Source: an uncultured Alphaproteobacteria bacterium (GTDB taxonomy: Bacteria; Pseudomonadota; Alphaproteobacteria; Rs-D84). Taken from it: a stretch of DNA of 64,000 nt. This document shows, in pieces, positions 1 to 8,935 of the stretch; the first letter of the stretch is position 1, and every line of letters starts with the position of its first letter. A model generated the notes under the pieces. It was not told where the DNA came from. It worked only from the letters and a program-made list of their open reading frames with translations, and did no database searches. The stretch lies in the NCBI GenBank assembly GCA_947054455.1, contig CAMRWN010000004.1:11867-75866 (forward strand). The letters run 5' to 3'. Made by a program: the position numbers and the translations under genes.

Positions 1-1
1 G

Positions 2-343
2 ATTACAACGGTTCCGCTGACCAGCACGCCGGCCGGAATTTTAATCAGAAAGAATATCGATTTGCGCGGGGCGGATATAAATGTTGTTGAAACCGCGTCG
101 GACGACCGCACGTTTTCATTAAAAATGAATTTGCGCGGCCAAGAGGGACTGGGCACCATGACGGTTGTGTTTGATGCAAATCCGGTGAAACTGAATTCTT
201 GGTCTGTGGTTGACGCCACCGGCGCCAAGACCGACGTTGTCTTCAGCGGTCTGAAGGCTAAAACGGATTTCGACAAGAATTATTTTCAAATTCAGCGCCA
301 CAAGACGGTTTCCACCGCGGGCGGCGACGATTTCTACGACTAG
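2..343 (+). CDS. C-terminal part of a LolA-like periplasmic lipoprotein-carrier family protein (5' end lies outside the window)
   Basis: The frame is open from nt 2 to the TAG at 341-343. The beta-rich tail (NSWSVVDATGAKTDVVFSGL...DKNYFQIQ) resembles LolA-type proteins. The family call is from memory only. Confidence 0.4.
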   Translation: MTTVPLTSTPAGILIRKNIDLRGADINVVETASDDRTFSLKMNLRGQEGLGTMTVVFDANPVKLNSWSVVDATGAKTDVVFSGLKAKTDFDKNYFQIQRHKTVSTAGGDDFYD

Positions 344-350
344 GGATTAT

Positions 351-629
351 ATGTTCGGAATAAGCTGGGCTGAATTTTTGGTGATTTTGCTGGTCGCGGC
401 GGTTGTCATACCGTCGCGGATGTGGCCTGATGTCGCGCGTTTTCTGGCGCGGGCGGTGAATTTTGTACGTTCGATTATATGGCGGATAACTGACGCGTCA
501 GAAAAAATCAAGGAACAGATTGACCTGGAACAGCCGATTGATGAAATAATACGTACGACGACCGACGACGTGCTGGCCGATTTTTCCAGTGTGCGGCCGC
601 GCAGAAAAAAACGGACGGCCAAGAAATGA
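351..629 (+). CDS. tatB: Sec-independent translocase subunit, TatA/TatB family
   Basis: The N-terminus MFGISWAEFLVILLVAAVVIPSRMWPDVAR has the Tat-type TM helix plus amphipathic helix. There is a 4-nt ATGA overlap with tatC. Confidence 0.75.
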   Translation: MFGISWAEFLVILLVAAVVIPSRMWPDVARFLARAVNFVRSIIWRITDASEKIKEQIDLEQPIDEIIRTTTDDVLADFSSVRPRRKKRTAKK

Positions 630-1342
630 AAAAAATGACGCTGATGCAGCATTTTGCGGAACTGCGACGCCGTATTATATGGTCCGCACTGTTTTTTGCG
701 GCCGCGTTTGGCGCCGGGTGGATTGCGGCGCCCTGGACGCAGGAATTTCTGACGGCGCCGCTGCTGCGCGTGTGGCCGGACGGCGCGCTGCTGTATACCG
801 GGTTGGCGGACGGGCTGATGATTCAGTTATCGCTGGCGACGTTGTTTGCGCTGCTGGTGTCGCTGCCGTTCGTGCTGTGGCAGGTGTGGGCCTTTGTGGC
901 GCCGGGACTGCGTAAGAACGAGCGCGGATTTATATGGCCGATAATCGTAATGTCGCCAGTATTGTTTGTCATGGGGGCAGCGTTTGCGTTTTATGTACTG
1001 TTCCCATTTGCGTTTCGTTTCTTTATAGAATTGAACAGCGCGGCCCCCGTTCCGGCGGTGCTGATGCCGGCGGCCCGGGATTATCTGACGTTTGCGATAG
1101 GATTGCTTAAGGTTTTTGGCGTGGCGTTCCAGCTGCCGCTGGTGCTGGTTTTGTTAAACAGGGTGGGCGTGCTGCCGCGGGCGCGGGTGGTGCGCATGCG
1201 CAGGTATGCGGTGGTTTTCATCGTTGTTGCGGCGGCCGTGCTGACGCCGCCGGATGTCGTTTCCCAGATTATGCTGGCGCTGCCGATGTGGGGCCTGTTT
1301 GAAATCAGCATTCTGTTCATGCGCCGCGGTGATGCGCAATAA
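626..1342 (+). CDS. tatC: Sec-independent translocase subunit TatC
   Basis: 238-aa polytopic protein with a typical TatC start (MQHFAELRRRIIWS) and about six hydrophobic segments. It is coupled to tatB. Confidence 0.9.
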   Translation: MKKMTLMQHFAELRRRIIWSALFFAAAFGAGWIAAPWTQEFLTAPLLRVWPDGALLYTGLADGLMIQLSLATLFALLVSLPFVLWQVWAFVAPGLRKNERGFIWPIIVMSPVLFVMGAAFAFYVLFPFAFRFFIELNSAAPVPAVLMPAARDYLTFAIGLLKVFGVAFQLPLVLVLLNRVGVLPRARVVRMRRYAVVFIVVAAAVLTPPDVVSQIMLALPMWGLFEISILFMRRGDAQ

Positions 1343-1390
1343 ACGCGCGCGGGTGTTTGTTTACGAAGGTTTTTATGATATAATCAATGT

Positions 1391-2782
1391 GTGAAAAATT
1401 TCGGTCTTATTTTTGCGGGCCTGATGGGGCTGTTTGCGGCGGCATGCGATTTGCAGCCGCGAATAATGTCGTTGCCGGATTCGGTGGGTGATTTTATTTC
1501 CGCGCGTTATCCCGCATTGCTGGCCGACCCTGATGCGCAGCCGGAAATATATAATTCCGCCGCGTCGGACTATGGCGTTTATGCGTCGCCTGAATTGTAC
1601 GGTACGGCGCCGGCCGACGATTATGTTTTGTATGCCAGCGTCGATGATTACATAGTTCCGCCCGATGCGGCCCCGAATCAGGCCGCCGCGCAGCCGGTTG
1701 CCAATGAAGACACGGCGGCGGCGGATGCGTCCGGCCAGACATATACTTATCATGCACCGGATGAGGGGGCAACGCCGTCTGCACCGTTCGAGGCGGTCGA
1801 TGATTATCTGCGGGTGCCGATGTATGGGGGCGGGGCGCGCCCGGCCCAGATAACCGTTGCGCGGGGCGACACACTGTATTCCATTGCGCGAAAATATGAT
1901 ATGAAGCCGGCCGATTTGGCGGCTATGAATAACCTGAGCGAGCCGTTCACACTGTCGGTCGGACAGCGGCTGCGCATATCGGCCCCGGCCGAACAGACGG
2001 TTTCGCCGGATAAAAATTTAAAGCCTGCGACGCCACAGAAAAAATTGCCCGCGGTTCAAGCCGCGCCGTCGCGCGCGACAACGACACGCGTTGATTTGAC
2101 GGAGATAACCGTTGCACCGGGCGACACGCTGTATTCGATTTCGCGCAAGTATTCCGTGCCGGTAAACGATTTGGCGGTTATGAATAATCTGACAGCGCCG
2201 TTTAATCTGTCGGTGGGCCAGCGTCTGCGTGTTCCGGATTTGTCAGATGCCCCGGTGCGCGCGGCGGCAAAGCCCGCACCCAAGACAGCGGCCCCGGCCG
2301 TGAAAAATGCCGCGCCGGCCCAGGTTGCGCCCGCGCCGCGCAAACCGGCGCAGAAAATATCGTCGGATCCAAAGAAAAAACTGCCTAAAATCAGTGCGCG
2401 TTCGTCGTCGAAATTTTCGTGGCCGGTGCGCGGCAAGATATTGTCCGCATACGGTGCCAAGTCCAGCGGTCTGTTCAATGATGGTATAAACATCGCGGCC
2501 GCGCGCGGTGCGGCGGTTGGCGCGGCGGAAAACGGTGTCGTGGCGTATGCCGGAAACGAGGTCAAGGGAATGGGCAACCTGATTATAATCCAGCATTCCG
2601 ACGGATGGATGACCGTCTATGCCCATATGGATTCAATGACCGTTCGTCGTGGTGCGCGCGTGTCCGTCGGCCAGAAAATAGGTTCGGTCGGCGCCACCGG
2701 CAAGGTTGACCGCCCGCAGCTGCATTTTGAAATACGCAAGGGAACCAAGGCATATAACCCGGCATCATATTTAAAGAAATAG
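1391..2782 (+). CDS. LysM-domain / M23 metallopeptidase lipoprotein (NlpD-like)
   Basis: GTG start and lipobox (LFAAAC). Two LysM repeats (TVARGDTLYSIARKY, TVAPGDTLYSISRKY). C-terminal M23 pattern (GINIAA...GVVAYAG...GNLIIIQHSDGWMTVYAHM). Confidence 0.85.
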   Translation: MKNFGLIFAGLMGLFAAACDLQPRIMSLPDSVGDFISARYPALLADPDAQPEIYNSAASDYGVYASPELYGTAPADDYVLYASVDDYIVPPDAAPNQAAAQPVANEDTAAADASGQTYTYHAPDEGATPSAPFEAVDDYLRVPMYGGGARPAQITVARGDTLYSIARKYDMKPADLAAMNNLSEPFTLSVGQRLRISAPAEQTVSPDKNLKPATPQKKLPAVQAAPSRATTTRVDLTEITVAPGDTLYSISRKYSVPVNDLAVMNNLTAPFNLSVGQRLRVPDLSDAPVRAAAKPAPKTAAPAVKNAAPAQVAPAPRKPAQKISSDPKKKLPKISARSSSKFSWPVRGKILSAYGAKSSGLFNDGINIAAARGAAVGAAENGVVAYAGNEVKGMGNLIIIQHSDGWMTVYAHMDSMTVRRGARVSVGQKIGSVGATGKVDRPQLHFEIRKGTKAYNPASYLKK

Positions 2783-2814
2783 TATTACGGGTTCTTATCT
2801 GCCTGTTTGGATAA

Positions 2815-2845
2815 AAATAAAAACCGCGCAAGGCGGTTTTAATTT
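2815..2845. terminator. Bidirectional rho-independent terminator between the M23 gene and tRNA-Lys
   Basis: Hairpin AAACCGC-GCAAG-GCGGTTT, with an A-run upstream and a T-run downstream. Confidence 0.6.
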
Positions 2846-2921
2846 TGGTGGACGCGCAGGGACTCGAACCCTGGACCCACTGATTAAGAGTCAGTTGCTC
2901 TACCAACTGAGCTACGCATCC
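2846..2921 (-). tRNA. tRNA-Lys (anticodon CUU), CCA encoded
   Basis: The reverse complement folds as a cloverleaf: GGATGCG acceptor, GCTC-AGTTGGTA-GAGC D arm, ACTGA-CTCTTAA-TCAGT anticodon arm, CAGGG-TTCGAGT-CCCTG T arm, then CCA. Confidence 0.9.
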
Positions 2922-2999
2922 AGAACCATTTTGTCGCTTTGGACTTGGTGATTATAGTCTTTTTTCTGACAAATGCAAGTTTTTATCACATTATTTTTC

Positions 3000-3887
3000 C
3001 TAGGCTGTGTGATTGCCGCCGGTGATGCCGTATACTTCGGCGGTTGTATAGCTCGATTCGTCGGACGCCAGCAACACGAATGTCGCGGCCAGTTCCGCCG
3101 GCTGGCCCGCGCGCCCCAGTGGTGTGTTGCGCCCAAAATCGGGTATATCTTTTTGTGCGCGGCCGCCGGAAATTTGCAGCGCAGTCCATATCGGCCCCGG
3201 CGCCACCGAATTAACGCGCACGCCGCGGTGTGCGATTTGCTTGGCCAGGGCGCGCGTGAATGCGACTATCGCGGCCTTGGTCGCGGCATAGTCGACCAAA
3301 TCCTTGCCCGGCTGGTACGCCTGGATAGAGGAGGTGGTTATAATCGACGCGCCTGGTTTTAGCAAGGGAAGTGCCTGCTGCGCCATCCAGAACATTGAAA
3401 ACAAATTTATGGAAAAGGTGCGCTTTAGTTGCGTGGTGGTCAGTTTTGTTATGTCGGGACAGAACTGCTGGTATCCGGCGTTCATAACGATTATGTCCAG
3501 TCCGCCCAGTTTGCGCGCCGCGTCGCGTACGCATCGCCGGCAGAATTTTTCGTCGCCAATGTCGCCCGGAATCAGGAATGCGCGCACGCCGGCGTCCGTG
3601 ATGTATTGCGCGACTTCGCGGGCGTCGCGTTCCTCGGCCGGCAGGTATGAAATCGCGACATCCGCCCCTTCGCGTGCGAATGCGATTGCCGCCGCGCGGC
3701 CGATGCCCGAATCGCCGCCTGTTATCAGCGCGCGCCGTCCCGCCAGGCGGCCGTGGCCCACATACGACTGTTCGCCGCAGTCTGGAACCGGCTTCATTTT
3801 TGATTCTATTCCCGGATATGCCTGACGCTGGGTCGGGTACTTTTTATTATAGTATTTGGTGGTCGGATTTGTGTTTTGACGTTTCAT
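3000..3887 (-). CDS. yghA: Short-chain dehydrogenase/reductase, YghA-like
   Basis: 295 aa. It is nearly colinear with E. coli YghA as I recall it ([50 protein letters not shown]; SSIQAYQP; YAATKAA). Confidence 0.85.
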   Translation of the reverse strand: MKRQNTNPTTKYYNKKYPTQRQAYPGIESKMKPVPDCGEQSYVGHGRLAGRRALITGGDSGIGRAAAIAFAREGADVAISYLPAEERDAREVAQYITDAGVRAFLIPGDIGDEKFCRRCVRDAARKLGGLDIIVMNAGYQQFCPDITKLTTTQLKRTFSINLFSMFWMAQQALPLLKPGASIITTSSIQAYQPGKDLVDYAATKAAIVAFTRALAKQIAHRGVRVNSVAPGPIWTALQISGGRAQKDIPDFGRNTPLGRAGQPAELAATFVLLASDESSYTTAEVYGITGGNHTA

Positions 3888-4088
3888 GATGTTTTCCCCC
3901 CGTGTTTTATTCGATTCGAATTTTATCCGCGCAACGCCCCGGAAACCACAGGATTAAAAGGCCATGGGCGCGATGGATGGTGCCGCGCAATCGGAATCCA
4001 TACCTATGCAAAGATTGAAATTGCTTTGATAGAATTAAAACGTTGACATGAAAACCAGACTACAACGTAAAACCAAAAAGGAGAAGAA

Positions 4089-4697
4089 ATGAAAAAAATA
4101 GTTATATCGACACTGGCCGTGCTGATGGCATGCCCCGCGTTCGCAGGCACAAACCAGCACAGCAGCTGGCAGTTGTTCGGCCTGGATCCGTATATCGGTC
4201 TGCGCGGCGGAATGACATACACAAACCTGAACGTAAAACACGACGGCCACAAAGAATCCATGACAGACTGGGTCTATCAGGGTCGTGCGGCGCTGGGTTT
4301 GGAAGTATGCGACACAGTCCGCAGCGAAATCGAATGGTCCATCTATAGCAAGGCCAAGGACAATGCGGACTTTGGCGAAGCTGGCCGTATCGAAGTCGAA
4401 ACCAAAATGCAGACTTTGTTGTGGAACAACTATTGGGAATTCGGCGACTATCAGATTGTCCGTCCGTTCTTTGGACTGGGCGCCGGTGTCGCGTTCACCG
4501 ATGTTAAGGAAAAGGTTCGCCTGCTTAACGAAGAACACAGCGACAGCAAAACACGTTTCGCGGCGATGGGTACGCTGGGCGTGACGTTTGACTGGGAAAA
4601 AATCGCGGTTGATTTGGCTGCCCGCTACAACTACGTAGACATCCAGTCCGGCATGCACGACTTTGGCGGCGATATCGGCATTAGATTCATGTTCTAA
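4089..4697 (+). CDS. Small outer-membrane beta-barrel protein (OmpA-TM/OmpW-like)
   Basis: Signal peptide MKKIVISTLAVLMACPAFAG, alternating beta-strand pattern and a C-terminal aromatic residue (IRFMF). RBS AAGGAG lies upstream. Confidence 0.6.
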   Translation: MKKIVISTLAVLMACPAFAGTNQHSSWQLFGLDPYIGLRGGMTYTNLNVKHDGHKESMTDWVYQGRAALGLEVCDTVRSEIEWSIYSKAKDNADFGEAGRIEVETKMQTLLWNNYWEFGDYQIVRPFFGLGAGVAFTDVKEKVRLLNEEHSDSKTRFAAMGTLGVTFDWEKIAVDLAARYNYVDIQSGMHDFGGDIGIRFMF

Positions 4698-4715
4698 TGC
4701 ATGGCGCCCCATATA

Positions 4716-4748
4716 CCTGCCCGCGTATGCGGGCAGGGCGCTTTGTTT
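4716..4748 (+). terminator. Rho-independent terminator after the OMP gene
   Basis: Hairpin CCTGCCCGC-GTAT-GCGGGCAGG followed by a T-rich tract. Confidence 0.55.
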
Positions 4749-4856
4749 AAAACTCGTGTTTCAAAATTAAATCGCCGCGTACGGGCGATTTTTTATTTCG
4801 GACAAACCGGATGCCGATTCGTTTTTTAGAAAAAAGAACCGCCTGGGGCGGTTCGT

Positions 4857-5213
4857 TTATGACAACTCGGCCAGCGCCATTTTCACCAGAAAATCGGCTT
4901 CGATATCGCCCAGCAGGGATTTCGCACCCTCGTCCAGGTCGTCGTCTTCGGCCAGGTCTTCCAGCAGCGATATTATTTTCTGGCACATGTTCGGCAGGTT
5001 TTTGTCTATCAGTTTCGGATTCAGTAAATCCGGCTTGAACGCCTTTTTCATGTCGCGGGCCATAAAGTAGCTTTCGGCGATGCTGTCAATCCAGTCGTCG
5101 ACGTGTTCGGTCAGACGGTCGAATTTCAGGTGCGCGGCATAGTTGTCCGTGGACCAGTGGTTTATTTTGCATGCGTATTTGAACGCCAGCAGATTTTGCA
5201 ACAGTTCGTACAT
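4857..5213 (-). CDS. Hypothetical helical protein (possible Dps/ferritin-like four-helix bundle)
   Basis: 118-aa ORF with an RBS (GGAGGAAT) and its own terminator hairpin (GAACCGCC-TGG-GGCGGTTC at 4836-4854). The INHWSTDNYAAHLKFDRL motif is reminiscent of Dps helices. The function is not established. Confidence 0.45.
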   Translation of the reverse strand: MYELLQNLLAFKYACKINHWSTDNYAAHLKFDRLTEHVDDWIDSIAESYFMARDMKKAFKPDLLNPKLIDKNLPNMCQKIISLLEDLAEDDDLDEGAKSLLGDIEADFLVKMALAELS

Positions 5214-5392
5214 TGTTTATTCCTCCCTGTTGGTCATGTTATCACGCAATCGCGCACCACGTTAATAGGAGACAAAGCAAAACGCGCAATGTGCCAGAAA
5301 TCCGGCGATTCCTAGGGATTCAAACCTGACGAAAAATGAAAAAAAATGTTATACAATGTTTGACGTAACCATAAGGAAAAAAGGAGACCTTT

Positions 5393-5932
5393 ATGAAAAA
5401 CTTAATGAAAAAAATGTTTATGTTTGCATCCATGCTGGGTGCGGTTGCGCTGTTGTCCGGATGCGTGGGATGCCCGAACAAAAGACACGCGCGCAAAGTA
5501 GCCAAGGCGCAGCCGGCCGAAACGGTTGTGTTCTATCAGACATATGAAGATGCAGATGTAAACCGCGTATATGCGAAAATGTACACCCGCAGCAGCCACG
5601 GCGGCGAATCGAAAATGGGCTATATCAAATTCCAGGAAACCGATGCCGGTCTGAAAATGGAAGTTGATTTGAAAGACCTGCGTCCGGGTGTTCCGTACAC
5701 AATCAAGCTTTATCAGTGCGGCAGCTGCAGCAACAACAGCACTTGCTGCGACAACTCCAGCATGGCAATCGACCTGCCGCGTCTGAAGGTTGAAAGAGCC
5801 GGCCGTCTGGAAGAATCCTTTATCATCCGCGGTCTGACCGCAGCGCAGCTGAAGAACGCCAAAATCTATCTGGAACGCGATGGCGGATACAAGGCGGCGT
5901 GGGGCAAGTTTGAACAAAGCATGATGTTCTAA
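5393..5932 (+). CDS. Lipoprotein with a Cu,Zn-superoxide-dismutase-like (SodC) fold that lacks the metal-ligand histidines
   Basis: Lipobox LLSGC. The stretch GYIKFQETDAGLKMEVDLKDLRPGVPYTIKLYQCGSC aligns with SodC [36 protein letters not shown], and MAIDLPRLKV aligns with HLGDLPALVV. The His ligands are replaced. Confidence 0.55.
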   Translation: MKNLMKKMFMFASMLGAVALLSGCVGCPNKRHARKVAKAQPAETVVFYQTYEDADVNRVYAKMYTRSSHGGESKMGYIKFQETDAGLKMEVDLKDLRPGVPYTIKLYQCGSCSNNSTCCDNSSMAIDLPRLKVERAGRLEESFIIRGLTAAQLKNAKIYLERDGGYKAAWGKFEQSMMF

Positions 5933-5958
5933 TATTTGTCTGAAATATTATAAACGAC

Positions 5959-5993
5959 ACATCCCCGGAGACGTCCGGGGATGTAATTTTTTT
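5959..5993 (+). terminator. Rho-independent terminator
   Basis: Hairpin ACATCCCCGGA-GACG-TCCGGGGATGT followed by a T-run. Confidence 0.7.
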
Positions 5994-6057
5994 ATATAAA
6001 TATTTTTTACTTTAAGAACATATTCCTATATGCTAGCTTTGTTTTTCGTGGGGGGAG

Positions 6058-7629
6058 ATGAGGCTGGTCATATCATTTTTGGCGGTGATTGTCGCGGTAT
6101 GTGTCAACGGCGCATGTCATGGTGCGGTCAACACAATCGACGAATGTTTCATGGGTGGCACCATGTCGTTGACTGGCGATACCGTCGTGACGCACGGCGG
6201 CATGGTTGCGACCGACAGGATAAATGTTGATTCATCGGTTCTGATTGTAAATCACGGCATTATAAATTCGGATATTTTCATTTGTGATGGCTGCGATGTT
6301 TATTTGCGCAACACCGGAAATTTTTCAGCAAGCGTTAATTTCGGCGAAGGCGCCAAACTGACGCAGGTGATAACGGGTGCGGATGATATAACGCGTCTGG
6401 GGCTGGATTCTGAATTTAATATCCTGGTTCGCGGTTCGGACACAATGTCGCTGGGCGATATAATGTCGGCCGGTGGTTATGCGGCGAAAATAACACTGGA
6501 TAATTCCGAATTTGTCTGGTCGCGTGGTGTCGCTCATCTGCGCCGTGCGGCCCCGTCGCCGGATATAGAACTGCGCGGAACCGTTGTAATAAACGTGGCG
6601 GATGTTGCCGATGTTCTGGACGCGCCCATTTTGCAAAATGTGTCCGGCGATGGTGATGTTTATGTCAATGCCGCAAATCTGGACAGCATGTATGCACTTC
6701 GGGGCTATGTCGATAACGGCAGCTTGCGCGTGCGCATGATGCGTTCCACCGATTACGTCAGAATTCTTGGTGGTGCGGTTGGTGAATTTTTGAATGGTCT
6801 GCGTGTCGTGGCGCCAGATGACAAACTGCTGGCGGGGTTGGATGTCGCGGCAACGCGCGACGAACTTTATTCGATAATGCGTCGTTCGGTTCGTTTGAAT
6901 CCGATAAAACTGATGCGGCCCGTCGGCATTATCAACGACATGGAAATTATGCGCATGGATTTGCCGGCCGCTGGCGTGTCAATGGGACCGGTTGTGGTGG
7001 CGGGTGATGATTTCGGCGCATACGGGTTGCGTGCCGGTGCGGGCGGCAAAATAGGTCGCGCCACGCGTTTTGAAATTTTTGCATACATATCCGTTGCGGA
7101 TTATTCGGACGATTTGAACGTATTTGCTGCAACAACATACGGCGGCGGTGCACGCATAAAACACAGCGGTGAAAAATATGGTTTCGTACGGTTCGCGGGA
7201 CTGGGGTCGATTACCGGGTTTGACATCGGGCCTGTTTTCAACGGTTCTGGTTCAATCGACAATCCGCGCGGCGTATCCGTATATTCCGCGGTTGACGCCG
7301 GGCACGAGTTTCATTTTTATGATTTGTTGCGTCTTGCACCTTTTGCGGGTGTTTCAATGAAATACGAAACAGTGGCAGGCGACATCGCCAAGGATACCGG
7401 TGTTCATGGTGGAATAGACGCGTCATTTGATTATGAAATGGATGGCGTTCGGTATGACTATAATTCCAGAATATACGCTGGTAATCGCGGCATGCTGGGC
7501 GGCGAGTTCGGTCTTGATATCGCATTTGGCGACGACGGTTTCAAATTCAGTGCCGACATGCGCGCATTGCGCGACAAAGACCACGGATTTTCATATAGTC
7601 TGCGCATTGGCGCGGGTGTGGATTTTTAA
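6058..7629 (+). CDS. Putative autotransporter-type outer-membrane protein
   Basis: N-terminal signal (MRLVISFLAVIVAVCVNGACHG). The C-terminal ~250 aa are Gly/aromatic-rich beta strands ending in GAGVDF. Confidence 0.5.
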   Translation: MRLVISFLAVIVAVCVNGACHGAVNTIDECFMGGTMSLTGDTVVTHGGMVATDRINVDSSVLIVNHGIINSDIFICDGCDVYLRNTGNFSASVNFGEGAKLTQVITGADDITRLGLDSEFNILVRGSDTMSLGDIMSAGGYAAKITLDNSEFVWSRGVAHLRRAAPSPDIELRGTVVINVADVADVLDAPILQNVSGDGDVYVNAANLDSMYALRGYVDNGSLRVRMMRSTDYVRILGGAVGEFLNGLRVVAPDDKLLAGLDVAATRDELYSIMRRSVRLNPIKLMRPVGIINDMEIMRMDLPAAGVSMGPVVVAGDDFGAYGLRAGAGGKIGRATRFEIFAYISVADYSDDLNVFAATTYGGGARIKHSGEKYGFVRFAGLGSITGFDIGPVFNGSGSIDNPRGVSVYSAVDAGHEFHFYDLLRLAPFAGVSMKYETVAGDIAKDTGVHGGIDASFDYEMDGVRYDYNSRIYAGNRGMLGGEFGLDIAFGDDGFKFSADMRALRDKDHGFSYSLRIGAGVDF

Positions 7630-8927
7630 TCCGCGAATTCCCCGCGCAGGGACGCCTTGTTCGCCGCGGTTATCTTTATTTCGGCCAATTGGGGGGCGTC
7701 GGCGTTTGTGCGTTCTACAATACACTGCTGCATATAGGGGGTGCGGTAAACCAGATTCTGGCCGGTTTTGTCCGCGCCCTCGCACAGGCATGACATTGTG
7801 CGGCCCACGCATGACGTGTTAAATTCGCGCTGCAATTCGTTCAGGCGCGCGTCCAGTGCGGCCAGACGCGCAGCCTTTATATTGTCTGCAATCTGGTCCG
7901 GCATCAGCGCGGCGGCCGTGTGGGGGCGGGGCGAATATTTGAAAGAATAGGAATTGATATATTTCACGCGTTGTGCGATATCCATTGTTTTTTCAAAATC
8001 CGCATCCGTCTCGCCGGGGAATCCGACAATGAAATCGCTTGATATCTGGATGTCCGGACGGGCGGCCTTTAATTTGTCAACTATATCTATATATAGTTCC
8101 AACGAATAAGGACGGTTCATTCTTGTCAATACATCGGCGCTGCCGCTTTGTATAGGCATGTTTAAAAAAGGCAACAGTTTTGGTTCCGTGCGAAACATGT
8201 CTATTAAATCATCCGTCATTTCTGTTGGATAGCTGGATGTAAAGCGTATGCGTTTTACGGCGCTGATTTTGGCCGCCTGTGCGATTAATTCAGACAACCG
8301 GTGCGTTGCGCCGTCTTGGTCGATGTATTTGTATCCGTTCACGTTCTGGCCCAGAAAGCATATCTCTATCGCGCCGGTTTGCGCCGCGTGGCGAACGTCC
8401 GCCATTATGTCGGCCGGTGCGCGCGACAATTCACGGCCGCGGGTGTAGGGCACTATGCAATATGTGCAGCAATGATTACATCCTTCCTGTATGGGGATAT
8501 ATGCCACGGCAGGCGATGCGTCCATTTGCGGCATTTCATCAAATTTTTCCAATCCGCCCAAATCTATATTTAATAATTTTGTGTCCGGGTTGTTTAATAT
8601 TTCCGGCAGTTTGTGATAACTTTGCGGCCCCAGGACAAAATTAAGCTCTGGTATGCGGCGGAATGCGTCCGCGCCCGCTTCGCGTGCGACGCAGCCCACA
8701 ATTCCCATCAGGGCGTCGGGCTTTTTTGCGCGGCGGATTCGACCCAGGGCTGAAAATACCTTGTCGGTGGCCTTGGCGCGGACGGCGCATGTGTTCAGTA
8801 TGATGACGTCCGCATCGGCCGCATCGTGTGTTTCCTGCATGCCGCGCGCGGTCAACATGGCGGCGATTCGCTGGCCGTCATAGACGTTCATCTGGCAGCC
8901 GAATGTCTGGATAAAGAATTTTTTCAT
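7626..8927 (-). CDS. miaB: tRNA-i6A37 methylthiotransferase MiaB
   Basis: MKKFFIQTFGCQMNVYD start, radical-SAM CNHCCTYC motif and a TRAM-like C-terminus. Confidence 0.9.
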   Translation of the reverse strand: MKKFFIQTFGCQMNVYDGQRIAAMLTARGMQETHDAADADVIILNTCAVRAKATDKVFSALGRIRRAKKPDALMGIVGCVAREAGADAFRRIPELNFVLGPQSYHKLPEILNNPDTKLLNIDLGGLEKFDEMPQMDASPAVAYIPIQEGCNHCCTYCIVPYTRGRELSRAPADIMADVRHAAQTGAIEICFLGQNVNGYKYIDQDGATHRLSELIAQAAKISAVKRIRFTSSYPTEMTDDLIDMFRTEPKLLPFLNMPIQSGSADVLTRMNRPYSLELYIDIVDKLKAARPDIQISSDFIVGFPGETDADFEKTMDIAQRVKYINSYSFKYSPRPHTAAALMPDQIADNIKAARLAALDARLNELQREFNTSCVGRTMSCLCEGADKTGQNLVYRTPYMQQCIVERTNADAPQLAEIKITAANKASLRGEFAD

Positions 8928-8935
8928 GAATTTGT

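Noticed and set aside
2806-2814. Extra half-site-like matches to GTTTGGATT at 2806-2814 (GTTTGGATA), 22529-22537 (inside plsY) and 28709-28717 (ATTTGGATT).
   Set aside because: They are single imperfect 8-9-mers with no partner arm. One lies inside a conserved coding region. This is compatible with chance.
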